A stretch of 64,000 bases of DNA, taken from assembly GCA_002716845.1 (NCBI GenBank), contig PBCE01000001.1, forward strand, positions 10,592-74,591, in the 5' to 3' direction. The DNA comes from Flavobacteriaceae bacterium. GTDB taxonomy: Bacteria; Bacteroidota; Bacteroidia; Flavobacteriales; Flavobacteriaceae. A program made the position numbers and the translations under genes. The notes under the pieces are model-generated. The model had not been told where the DNA came from. It ran no database searches and saw nothing but the letters and a program-made list of their open reading frames with translations. Below, piece after piece: positions 19,153 to 28,427 of this stretch (the stretch's first letter is position 1; the number at the start of each line of letters is the position of its first letter).

Positions 19153-20434
19153 TTTTTGTGAGGGCTAATGCAGAATTAATGTATGTTGACGCAGGTGAAG
19201 AGGGAATACAGTCCAACTGTGTTTTAATATCGTCAATGGAATTGAAGTAAGCAATTTTGAGTTGGTTCGAAATCGGTTTAGCCTCCGGGAGTTTTTGCCG
19301 AAAGGGATCTACTTGCCTGCCATTCTTCCAAAACCTGTAACATACATGTGGCCCAGAGGTGTAGCCTGTCATTCCTACCCAGCCGATAACTTGTCCTTGG
19401 GTTACGAATTCGCCGTGTTTTACTTTTCGGAGTTTCATATGAAGGTATTGGGTGCTGTAGGTGTTGTTGTGTTTGATGGTCACATAGTTGCCATTACCTT
19501 TTGTGTAGGAGGATTTTATCACCACCCCATTAGACGTTGCCAATATGGGGGTTCCTACACTGGCCGCAAAATCGGTTCCCCTGTGCGGTCTTATTCGGTT
19601 TCCATAATAAGCAATCCTTCTTTTTAAATTATAAGGGGATGTTACTGGGCCAAATTTTACAGGGGCCTTAAGAAATGCCCTTCTCAGATTTTTTCCTTTT
19701 TCGTCGAAATATTCCACAATACCATTGAGAGAATCGGGCAGAAATTCAAAAGCATAAAAATCCCTTCCAGCATGTTCAAAAATGGCCGCTTTTATCCGAT
19801 CAATTCCAAGAGAAATTGTGTCATCAACAAGTTTTTCAGTATAAATAACTTTAAACCGATCCCCTTTTTGAAGCCGGTAAAAATCAATATTCCAAGCATA
19901 TACGTCTGCTAAGTAATAGGTCAATTGGTCGTTTAACCCGCTGCTTTTCATGGTCTCATAGAGAGAGTTTTCTATGAGTCCATTCCCTTCTTTTTGAACT
20001 ATTTGGATGGGTTTTGAGACTTTTTTACCATAAATACTGTCCCTTAAAAAGACAATTGAATAACTATCTAATTGTGGTTCGTATACAAAGACTTTTGGGG
20101 TTGAAATACTGTCTTTCGTATAAAAAAAGCTAAAAGATTTTCCGGCTACAAGCCGACGTACGTCCAGTTTGGCTTTAATCGCTTGAAGGATTTTATAAAC
20201 CTCAGGGTAGTCAATTCCACTGTCTTCGAGTATAGAACCAAAAGTTTCTCCTCTTTTTATTTTTCTATTAACAACCCTGTACTGATCTATATCTAAACCA
20301 TACTTTATATTTTTGGGTTTAACTTCAGATTTTTTCTCAGGAGAATCTTGATCCAAAGAAGGAGTTTTTGACTCACAGGAACACAGAAGTAAAATGCTCA
20401 GAAAAAAAAATAATAGTGCAAAAACTTTGTTCAT
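19139..20434 (-). CDS. M23-family peptidoglycan metallopeptidase
   Basis: Signal peptide with lipobox-like LLCSC. HRGTDFAA (HxxxD) is present. The C-terminal GPHVCYRF sits where HxH normally is. Confidence 0.85.
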   Translation of the reverse strand: MNKVFALLFFFLSILLLCSCESKTPSLDQDSPEKKSEVKPKNIKYGLDIDQYRVVNRKIKRGETFGSILEDSGIDYPEVYKILQAIKAKLDVRRLVAGKSFSFFYTKDSISTPKVFVYEPQLDSYSIVFLRDSIYGKKVSKPIQIVQKEGNGLIENSLYETMKSSGLNDQLTYYLADVYAWNIDFYRLQKGDRFKVIYTEKLVDDTISLGIDRIKAAIFEHAGRDFYAFEFLPDSLNGIVEYFDEKGKNLRRAFLKAPVKFGPVTSPYNLKRRIAYYGNRIRPHRGTDFAASVGTPILATSNGVVIKSSYTKGNGNYVTIKHNNTYSTQYLHMKLRKVKHGEFVTQGQVIGWVGMTGYTSGPHVCYRFWKNGRQVDPFRQKLPEAKPISNQLKIAYFNSIDDIKTQLDCIPSSPASTYINSALALTKSDLK

Positions 20435-20540
20435 GACGTATATGAAAGCATTTTGTTAATGCAAATTTCTTGCTTTGCTTGTTCAATCACAAAGCTTTTA
20501 ACAAAAAGTTATACAAAGAGTAATAAACAATTGGGGCGGT

Positions 20541-21356
20541 TTAATCAAATTGGATTTCAAATGGCGCCTTTAAATTCTTAAACTTTTCTAGATCTACTTT
20601 GATCGAGCCAATGGCCAAGTCTGCCTTGAGCCTAATGGGGATTTTATTCCCATCGTCGGTAATCCAGAGTGTCACGCTTTCTTGGGCTTTGAATACCCGT
20701 CCTGATTGGACATAGGGGCGGAATTTCATACATCTGATTTTTCCGAATTTTGTGTCTAAATTTTCTTTACCCAAGAATTTCATTTTGAAAACATAGTTTT
20801 CATAATCAAAAAACATATTGATGCTAAATGATTCGTCTTGCTTAAGCTTTTTTTCTGGATAAAAAGCCCTCAGATAGTAGAAAGCTGATAGAAGATCTTG
20901 GGCGTTATCAGCAATTTCAAAACTACCTTTTTTGTTGTTTTCTAAATTGGATACATGTGCTAAATTCTGATCGTGATCAAAATTTATTTCAAGATTTTTG
21001 GTGTAACCCCCTTCGTTAATATCACGAATAAACCAATAGGGGACTACCTTTATTTCGTCAAAGTAAGTGTCGTAATAGTCCTCAACTTTGAAAAACCACC
21101 GGGCCAATCCAGTAGTGGTTCCATAACCTTTGGCGTGCAATACGGGAATACAATTTAAGGTATCTTGACTGAGTTCCAAAGTGGCATAACTCGCATTGAA
21201 AAATCCGTAGTGGATTCTAAATTCAAACCATTCTCCCGCCTTAAATGGGAGTTGTTGATCAAGCGAGGCATGGGATACATCAGACTGAGAAAAGCCAAAG
21301 ACACCGATGGCTATCCACAATAATACCCAAATTTTATTTTTTTGTATTGACATCAC
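20541..21356 (-). CDS. DUF3108 domain protein
   Basis: Signal peptide, then the FKAGEWFEFRIHYGFFNASYATLEL pattern typical of DUF3108. Confidence 0.7.
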   Translation of the reverse strand: MMSIQKNKIWVLLWIAIGVFGFSQSDVSHASLDQQLPFKAGEWFEFRIHYGFFNASYATLELSQDTLNCIPVLHAKGYGTTTGLARWFFKVEDYYDTYFDEIKVVPYWFIRDINEGGYTKNLEINFDHDQNLAHVSNLENNKKGSFEIADNAQDLLSAFYYLRAFYPEKKLKQDESFSINMFFDYENYVFKMKFLGKENLDTKFGKIRCMKFRPYVQSGRVFKAQESVTLWITDDGNKIPIRLKADLAIGSIKVDLEKFKNLKAPFEIQFD

Positions 21357-21417
21357 TTTGCAAAATTAAATAATTGTTTGGATCACTCTTTTTTTTGGGG
21401 TTAAGAAAAAAATGAAT

Positions 21418-23211
21418 TTACAACTGCTGTAACTTTTGATAAATTTTAACACCCTTTGTTTTTCCTAATAATTCAATGATTTGAGGTTTTGGAGCTGCTT
21501 TGATTCGTTTTAAAGATTTAAATTCTTTGATTAAGAGTTCTTTTGTTTTTGGACCAATTCCCTCTACCTGATCCAAGGGTGACGACAAGGCGTTTTTACT
21601 TCGAATTTTTCGATGTAGAGAAAGCCCAAAACGGTGCGCCTCATTTCTCAATTGTTGGATTATCTTAAGGGTCTCAGATTTTTTATCAAGGTACAGGGGG
21701 ATACCGTCCCCGGGATAATATATTTCCTCTAATCTTTTTGCAATTCCAATAATGGAGATTGACCCCCTCAAACCTAAACGGTCAAGGCTTTTAACAGCTG
21801 AGGAAAGCTGTCCTTTTCCACCGTCTATGACGATGAGTTGCGGTAGCGATTGTCCTTCGTCCAACAGGCGTTTGTAACGGCGATGAACAACCTCTTCCAT
21901 GGAGGCAAAATCATCGGGACCCTCCACCGTTTTGATTTTAAAATGACGGTAGTCCTTTTTATAAGGCTTACCATTTCTATATACTACACATGCGGCAGTG
22001 GGATTAGTACCCTGAATGTTAGAATTATCAAAACAATCAATGTGGACTGGTTCATGAGGAAGCCTTAAGTCGGTTTTCATTTGATTCATCAAACGCTTTA
22101 CATGCCGCTCAGGGTCAACAATCTTCATTTGCTTAAACCGCTCCAAACGAAAAAATTTAGCATTTCTTTGAGATAAATCAACCAGTTTCTTTTTATCACC
22201 CAATTTGGGGACCACGACTTTGATGTTTGATCCTAAGTCAATCTTGAAAGGGAGGTAGATCTCCTTTGATTGGGCGTTAAATCGCTGCCGGAAGACGACG
22301 ATGGCCAATGCCAACATTTGCGCATCGGTTTCCTCCAATTTTTTCTTAATTTCCACGGTATGCGACCGAATTATAGAACCAAAAGCAACCTGAAAAAAAT
22401 TAACGTAACCATAGCTTTCATCCGAAATGATTGAAAAAACCTCCACATTACTGATTTTTGTATTTACCACTGTAGATTTGGCCTGGTAATTTTCCAAAGA
22501 CTCCAATTTTTCCTTAACCTCTTGGGCCCTTTCAAATTCCATCTGTTGGGAAAATTCTTCCATTTGGTTTTTAAACTGATTTAAAGACCTTCGAAAATTG
22601 CCTTTTACAAGCTCCTTTATAGCAGCAATATTTTGGTTGTATTCTTCCTCAGTTACTTTGCCCTCACAAGGGGCCAAACAATTTCCAATATGGAACTCTA
22701 AACAAACCTTGTAAGATTTTTTTTGAATTTTTTCTTCAGAGAGATCGTAATTACAAGTTCGAATAGGATAAAGGCCTCGAATGAGCTCTAAAAGGGTATA
22801 AACTGTTTTGACATTTGGGTAGGGTCCAAAGTAGTCAGACCCATCTCGAATCACTTTTCGGGTACTGAATACACGGGGAAAAGGCTCTTTCTTGACGCAA
22901 ATCCACGGATAAGTTTTATCGTCTTTTAAGAGGATATTATATCGGGGGCGGTATTTTTTAATAAGATTATTTTCCAACAGCAGGGCATCGACCTCAGTAG
23001 GCACCACAATGTGTTCCATACGATGGATTTTCTTGACCAGAATTCTTGTCTTGGCATTGTCGTGAACTTTGTTAAAATAGGAGCTTACCCGCCGTTTTAA
23101 GTTTTTGGCTTTTCCTACATAGATAACGAGATCATTTTTATCATAATACTGATACACCCCAGGGTCAGAAGGCAATGTTTTGAGTTGGATTGTAATGGGT
23201 GCCGGTTCCAT
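21418..23211 (-). CDS. uvrC: Excinuclease ABC subunit C
   Basis: GIY-YIG block GVYQYYDKNDLVIYVGKAKNLKRRVSSYF, a UVR domain and a C-terminal HhH; 597 aa. Confidence 0.95.
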   Translation of the reverse strand: MEPAPITIQLKTLPSDPGVYQYYDKNDLVIYVGKAKNLKRRVSSYFNKVHDNAKTRILVKKIHRMEHIVVPTEVDALLLENNLIKKYRPRYNILLKDDKTYPWICVKKEPFPRVFSTRKVIRDGSDYFGPYPNVKTVYTLLELIRGLYPIRTCNYDLSEEKIQKKSYKVCLEFHIGNCLAPCEGKVTEEEYNQNIAAIKELVKGNFRRSLNQFKNQMEEFSQQMEFERAQEVKEKLESLENYQAKSTVVNTKISNVEVFSIISDESYGYVNFFQVAFGSIIRSHTVEIKKKLEETDAQMLALAIVVFRQRFNAQSKEIYLPFKIDLGSNIKVVVPKLGDKKKLVDLSQRNAKFFRLERFKQMKIVDPERHVKRLMNQMKTDLRLPHEPVHIDCFDNSNIQGTNPTAACVVYRNGKPYKKDYRHFKIKTVEGPDDFASMEEVVHRRYKRLLDEGQSLPQLIVIDGGKGQLSSAVKSLDRLGLRGSISIIGIAKRLEEIYYPGDGIPLYLDKKSETLKIIQQLRNEAHRFGLSLHRKIRSKNALSSPLDQVEGIGPKTKELLIKEFKSLKRIKAAPKPQIIELLGKTKGVKIYQKLQQL

Positions 23212-23297
23212 AAGGCGAAGTTACACTTTTCTTTAGGCATAATAAAAAGTCCCCAAATACTATAATATCATTAATTTTAAATATAAAACAGATCTAT

Positions 23298-23864
23298 TTG
23301 AACACCAAATTATCTTTAAGAGCTGACTTTAAGAAGCGTAGGAATGCACTCGATGAATCTCAAATTTCAGATTTTAGTATCGAAATTTGCAATCGATGTC
23401 TCTCACTAGATATCTGGGACCATTCTATTTATCACCTTTTTTTGAGTTCAGAAAAAAATAAAGAAGTGGACACCACTTACCTGCTTTCCGTAATTCAAGG
23501 AAAGGATAAAGAAGCAGTCATTCCAAAAGTCGTTTCAGAGGAAACTTTAGCACATTTTTTATTGACCGATCAAACCCCCCTTAAAGTAAACCGATGGGGC
23601 ATTCCCGAACCTGTTTCAGGGATCACAGTCGCCCCTCAGCTAATAGAAGTTGTTTTTGTTCCTTTATTGGCATTGGACAGAAGAGGCCACCGAGTGGGCT
23701 TCGGTAAAGGCTTCTACGACCGTTTTTTAGCGCAATGCTCGGCTCAAGTAATTAAGATAGGGTTGTCTTTTTTTGAACCTATTTCTGAAATTAAAGATAC
23801 GGGCAAATTTGATATCCCCTTGGATTACGCCGTCACACCTTCGGCAGTATTTAAATTTTCTTAA
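23298..23864 (+). CDS. 5-formyltetrahydrofolate cyclo-ligase
   Basis: VFVPLLALDRRGHRVGFGKGFYDRFL block. Apparent TTG start. Confidence 0.85.
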   Translation: MNTKLSLRADFKKRRNALDESQISDFSIEICNRCLSLDIWDHSIYHLFLSSEKNKEVDTTYLLSVIQGKDKEAVIPKVVSEETLAHFLLTDQTPLKVNRWGIPEPVSGITVAPQLIEVVFVPLLALDRRGHRVGFGKGFYDRFLAQCSAQVIKIGLSFFEPISEIKDTGKFDIPLDYAVTPSAVFKFS

Positions 23865-23914
23865 TAAATTGAATCTGTTATTTTACAAATAAAAGTGTAA
23901 AAGCTTGGTCGAGC

Positions 23915-24580
23915 TTACTTTTTTGAAGTAGTATTTCCAAAAATTTTCTTATTAAAAACAATCAATATTCCTACCCCAGTGCTAATGGCCGTATCTGCTA
24001 TATTAAATACGTATTGGAAAAAGGTATATTGCTGTCCCCCTATCCAAGGCATCCAACCTGGCCAATTCCAACTCACCAGTGGAAATTGTAGCATGTCGAC
24101 CACATGACCTTGAAAGATGGGAGCATAACCACCATTTTCAGGAAATAGTGTAGCCACTTGACCGTAGCTGTGGGAAAAAATCATACCGTAAAAAACAGAG
24201 TCAATTATATTGCCCAATGCTCCAGCAAAAATCAAACAAAACGCCCAACGGAAAAAGTTTGAACTTTCTTTGCGAATATTGTCCAACAGCCAATATCCAA
24301 TCCCAAGAATTGCAACCAAACGAAATATTGTTAAGAATAATTTAGCTGTTTTATCGGAGAAAAAAGGGAAAAAATCATTAAGCTTTGTGCCCATCGCCAT
24401 CCCTTTGTTTTCAACAAAAAGTAATTTGAAAAATCCCCAATCTACAATTGCATTGCTGCCATAGAGCGAGAGCGGGTAATTGAGTTTAATAAAAATTTTA
24501 GACCCCTGATCTAACACCAGCAGTGAAAAAATAATTACAATTGCTGTGAAGAGGTTGATATTGGAGACCCTAAAATTCAA
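23915..24580 (-). CDS. lspA: Lipoprotein signal peptidase (signal peptidase II)
   Basis: Four TM segments, with catalytic-Asp blocks VENKGMAMG and FNIADTAIS. Lies downstream of ileS (conserved synteny). Apparent TTG start. Confidence 0.88.
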   Translation of the reverse strand: MNFRVSNINLFTAIVIIFSLLVLDQGSKIFIKLNYPLSLYGSNAIVDWGFFKLLFVENKGMAMGTKLNDFFPFFSDKTAKLFLTIFRLVAILGIGYWLLDNIRKESSNFFRWAFCLIFAGALGNIIDSVFYGMIFSHSYGQVATLFPENGGYAPIFQGHVVDMLQFPLVSWNWPGWMPWIGGQQYTFFQYVFNIADTAISTGVGILIVFNKKIFGNTTSKK

Positions 24581-24583
24581 AGG

Positions 24584-24967
24584 TTATTTTTGAATATTTT
24601 TGGCTTCGATACTCAAGGTAGCATGGGGCACGAGTAACAATCTTTTCTTGTTAATCAGTTTTCCTGTAACCCGGCAAACACCGTAGGTTTTGTTTTCAAT
24701 ACGAATCATGGCATTCTTGAGGTCGCGAATGAATTTTTCCTGACGGATGGCCAATTGCGTATTGGCTTCTTTGGACATGGTTTCTGAACCTTCCTCAAAA
24801 GCCTTAAAAGTTGGTGAGGTGTCTTCTGTGCCGTTATTTCCATCATTCATATAGGCACTTCTCAACAACTCCAAATCAGCCTGAGCTTTTGTAATCTTAT
24901 CTTCAATTAGGATTTTGAACTTGTCTAAGTCCTTATCGGAATATCGTGCTTTTATCTCTTTAGCCAT
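24584..24967 (-). CDS. DksA/TraR-family zinc-finger-like protein
   Basis: A coiled-coil N-terminus plus YGVCRVTGKLINKKRLLLVPHATLSIEAK. The position between ileS and lspA is typical of Bacteroidota. Confidence 0.8.
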   Translation of the reverse strand: MAKEIKARYSDKDLDKFKILIEDKITKAQADLELLRSAYMNDGNNGTEDTSPTFKAFEEGSETMSKEANTQLAIRQEKFIRDLKNAMIRIENKTYGVCRVTGKLINKKRLLLVPHATLSIEAKNIQK

Positions 24968-24968
24968 T

Positions 24969-27900
24969 TTATATTTTTTTAATGGTTATTTGTGCTTTTA
25001 CAAGGTCAAATACTACTTCGTTTCCACCTTCTAAATCATCATTGAATTCAATATTTTCAGCGAGGGTTTCAGAGCGAATATATACGTTGTTTTTATTTAT
25101 TTTTTCTTTTAAAGATGGGTCCGCCAAAAAGGTGATAATAATCCTATCCGTTACCGCTAAACCACCTTCTTTTCTTATGTTTTGAATGCGGTTGACCAAC
25201 TCTCTAGCAATGCCTTCATCGATCAAATCTTCAGTTAGAGAGACGTCCAAAGCAACCGTTATGCCATTCCCGTGAGCAACCCCCCAGCCTTCAATATCTT
25301 TTGACGATATTTCTACCTCGCCCAGCTCTAAATTAATGTTTTTTTCATTAAAACTAATATTAATTTTTCCTGTTTCCTCCAAGGTCTTGATCTCCTTTTC
25401 TCCAAAAGAATTGATAATGCTTACAACCCTTCCCGTCTCTTTTCCAAACCTAGGCCCTAATAGCTTAAAGTTGGGTTTTATTTCTTTGATCAAAATATTA
25501 CTGTCGTCGTCGATAAGCTCTATAGATTTGACATTAATTTCTGAGCGAACTTGGGGTATTATTTTTTCTATTTGTTCTTTCTCTTTCTTTCCGCTCACAG
25601 CAATCATGAGTGATTGAAGCGGTTGACGCACCTTTATCTGTTCTTTTTTACGAAGTGATAACGCCAGAGAAGTAATGTTTCTCGCAGTGTTGATTTGGTT
25701 TTCTAATACGCTATCTATTGCCTTTTTGTCGACTTCTGGAAAAAGAGATAAATGGACAGAAAGGTGCTTCGCTGTCAACGTATTTTCAGTCAGGTTTTGG
25801 TAGAGCTGGTCGGAATAAAAAGGTGCCACTGGAGCTGCCAACTGGCTAACTTTTATCAAGCATTCCAATAGGGTTTGGTAGGCCGCAATTTTGTCTTTTT
25901 GATATTCCCCTTTCCAAAATCTTCTACGGGATAATCTCACGTACCAATTACTCAATTTTTCCTGAACAAAATCGGAAATGGCTCGGGTGGCTTTCGTGGG
26001 TTCATAATCTTCATAGTAGGCGTCAACATTACCGATCAAACTATTCAATTCAGACAAAATCCAACGGTCCAATTCAAAGCGTTCCTCCAAAGGTATAGCA
26101 GATTCTTCATTTTTAAAACCGTCGATGTTGGCATACAGACTAAAGAATGAGTAGGTATTGTGTAGGGTGCCAAAAAATTTGCGCTGAACCTCTCCAATTC
26201 CTTCTGTATCAAATTTTAGATTATCCCAAGGATTGGCATTAGAGATCATGTACCATCGGGTTGCATCTGCACCATAACGTTCAATCGTTTCAAAAGGGTC
26301 AACTGCATTTCCCAGTCGCTTAGACATTTTTTGTCCATTTTTGTCTAAAACGAGTCCATTAGAGATTACATTTTTATAGGATAAGTCATTAAAAATCAAG
26401 GTGCTGATCGCATGTAAAGTGTAAAACCACCCTCTAGTCTGATCTACTCCTTCTGCAATATAGTCAGCAGGAAAATGGGAGCCGCCCTCCACCTTTTCCT
26501 TATTTTCAAAGGGATAGTGCCATTGGGCATAGGGCATTGCACCAGAGTCAAACCATACATCGATCAGGTCGTTTTCACGATACATAGGTTGCCCTAATTC
26601 ATCCGCCAATACTATATCATCAACAATGTGTTTGTGAAGGTCTATCTTGTTATAATTTTCACTACTCATTTCCCCAGGCACAAAATCTGCAAATGGATTT
26701 TCGCTCATTAGCCCTCTTTCTATAGACTTTTCTATTGCTTGGTACAATTCTGCCACAGATCCAACGACTTTGGTTGAAAGGCCGTCCTCAGTTCTCCATA
26801 CAGGAAGGGGAATTCCCCAGAATCGCGACCTCGAAAGGTTCCAATCATTCGCATTGGCTAGCCAATTTCCAAAACGTCCCGTTCCCGTAGATTTTGGCTT
26901 CCAATTTATCGCTTCATTCAAGGCCGTCAATCGTTCTTTTACATCGGTTACTTTGATAAACCAGGAGTCCATAGGATAATACAAAATAGGCTTATCGGTC
27001 CTCCAACAATTGGGATAGGTGTGGACGTATTTTTCTACTTTAAACGCTTTGTTCTCTTCCTTAAGCCGAATAGCAATCTGAACATCTACTGATTTTTCAG
27101 GTGCCTTACCTTCATCATAGTATTCGTTTTTTACATACTGACCTGCTAAAGCACCCATAGCAGGGATGAACTTGCCTTGCAAATCAACCAGTGGTACTTT
27201 GTTTTTGTTTTCATCTAGGATTAACATAGGGGGTACCTCTGGAGTCGCATCTTTGGCAACCTTGGCATCGTCAGCTCCAAAAGTGGGCGCCGTATGAACA
27301 ATTCCGGTTCCATCTTCCGTTGTTACGAAATCTCCTAAAATAACCCGATATGCATTTTCTGGATGGTCAACAGGCAGGGGTGCATCATGCCATAATTTTT
27401 CGTAACGAATGTTGAGCAGATCTTTTCCCAACAGCGTTTTCTCTATGAAATAAGGAATTTTATCATTGGTATTTGCAGTCCGCTCAATTTCGGACAAACT
27501 GCCTACAGCTGTGTATTTTCCAGAAAATTGTTTTTCGACCAAGACCTTAGCCATAACAACCCTTACCGGTTCAAATGTGTATTGATTGAAGGTGTGAATG
27601 ACCACATATTCAATTTTGGGCCCAACTGTCAATGCCGTATTAGAGGGCAAGGTCCATGGCGTGGTCGTCCAAGCCAAAAAATAGAGCGGCACGTCCTCTT
27701 GAAGTGCTTTCGGTAGGGAAACTTTTATAGTTTTGAATTGTGCAGTGACTGTGGTATCGCTAACCTCTTGGTAGGTTCCAGGTTGATTTAACTCGTGCGA
27801 ACTAAGTCCTGTTCCAGCCTTGGGAGAATAGGGCTGAATCGTGTATCCTTTGTATAATAGATTCTTTTCATAGATCTGTTTGAGCAGCCACCATACCGAC

Positions 27901-28370
27901 TCCATGTATTTGGGGGTATAGGTGACATAGGGATCGTCCATGTCAACCCAATATCCCATCACCTGCGTCAATTTATTCCAAACATGGGTGTATTTCATAA
28001 CCGCTTTTTTGCAAACGCTATTGTACTCCGCCACCGAAATCGTTTTGCCAATATCTTCTTTAGTAATGCCAAGTGCTTTTTCAACCCCGATCTCTACAGG
28101 CAATCCGTGGGTGTCCCAACCGGCTTTTCGCTTAACTTGGAAACCTTTTTGAGTTTTGTAACGGCAAAATATGTCTTTGATCGTTCTGGCCATAACGTGA
28201 TGAATGCCAGGCATTCCGTTAGCAGATGGAGGACCTTCGTAAAAAATAAAAGAGGGATGGTTTTCTCGCTCAGATATACTCTTATCAAAAATCTGCTGCC
28301 TTTCCCAGAAATTCATAATTTCTTTAGAAATTTTAGGCAGATCCAGACTTTTGTACTCCTTGAAAACCAT
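24969..28370 (-). CDS. ileS: Isoleucine--tRNA ligase
   Basis: 1133 aa. HIGH-type block PSANGMPGIHHV and KMSKS block GQKMSKRLGN. Confidence 0.97.
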   Translation of the reverse strand: MVFKEYKSLDLPKISKEIMNFWERQQIFDKSISERENHPSFIFYEGPPSANGMPGIHHVMARTIKDIFCRYKTQKGFQVKRKAGWDTHGLPVEIGVEKALGITKEDIGKTISVAEYNSVCKKAVMKYTHVWNKLTQVMGYWVDMDDPYVTYTPKYMESVWWLLKQIYEKNLLYKGYTIQPYSPKAGTGLSSHELNQPGTYQEVSDTTVTAQFKTIKVSLPKALQEDVPLYFLAWTTTPWTLPSNTALTVGPKIEYVVIHTFNQYTFEPVRVVMAKVLVEKQFSGKYTAVGSLSEIERTANTNDKIPYFIEKTLLGKDLLNIRYEKLWHDAPLPVDHPENAYRVILGDFVTTEDGTGIVHTAPTFGADDAKVAKDATPEVPPMLILDENKNKVPLVDLQGKFIPAMGALAGQYVKNEYYDEGKAPEKSVDVQIAIRLKEENKAFKVEKYVHTYPNCWRTDKPILYYPMDSWFIKVTDVKERLTALNEAINWKPKSTGTGRFGNWLANANDWNLSRSRFWGIPLPVWRTEDGLSTKVVGSVAELYQAIEKSIERGLMSENPFADFVPGEMSSENYNKIDLHKHIVDDIVLADELGQPMYRENDLIDVWFDSGAMPYAQWHYPFENKEKVEGGSHFPADYIAEGVDQTRGWFYTLHAISTLIFNDLSYKNVISNGLVLDKNGQKMSKRLGNAVDPFETIERYGADATRWYMISNANPWDNLKFDTEGIGEVQRKFFGTLHNTYSFFSLYANIDGFKNEESAIPLEERFELDRWILSELNSLIGNVDAYYEDYEPTKATRAISDFVQEKLSNWYVRLSRRRFWKGEYQKDKIAAYQTLLECLIKVSQLAAPVAPFYSDQLYQNLTENTLTAKHLSVHLSLFPEVDKKAIDSVLENQINTARNITSLALSLRKKEQIKVRQPLQSLMIAVSGKKEKEQIEKIIPQVRSEINVKSIELIDDDSNILIKEIKPNFKLLGPRFGKETGRVVSIINSFGEKEIKTLEETGKINISFNEKNINLELGEVEISSKDIEGWGVAHGNGITVALDVSLTEDLIDEGIARELVNRIQNIRKEGGLAVTDRIIITFLADPSLKEKINKNNVYIRSETLAENIEFNDDLEGGNEVVFDLVKAQITIKKI

Positions 28371-28427
28371 TTTGGATTGGGTTATTAAAGATGCGAAATT
28401 AAGGATTTTAGGTAAAAAAAAAGGATT

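Noticed and set aside
27984-28388. 134-aa plus-strand ORF, and other 60-130-aa ORFs such as 19262-19627, 32379-32705, 34435-34788, 46086-46448 and 55246-55635
   Set aside because: All lie inside, or antisense to, strongly supported conserved genes (ileS, M23 peptidase, gdhA, flippase-like gene, atpD, gldD). None has a recognisable motif. I treat them as frame shadows.
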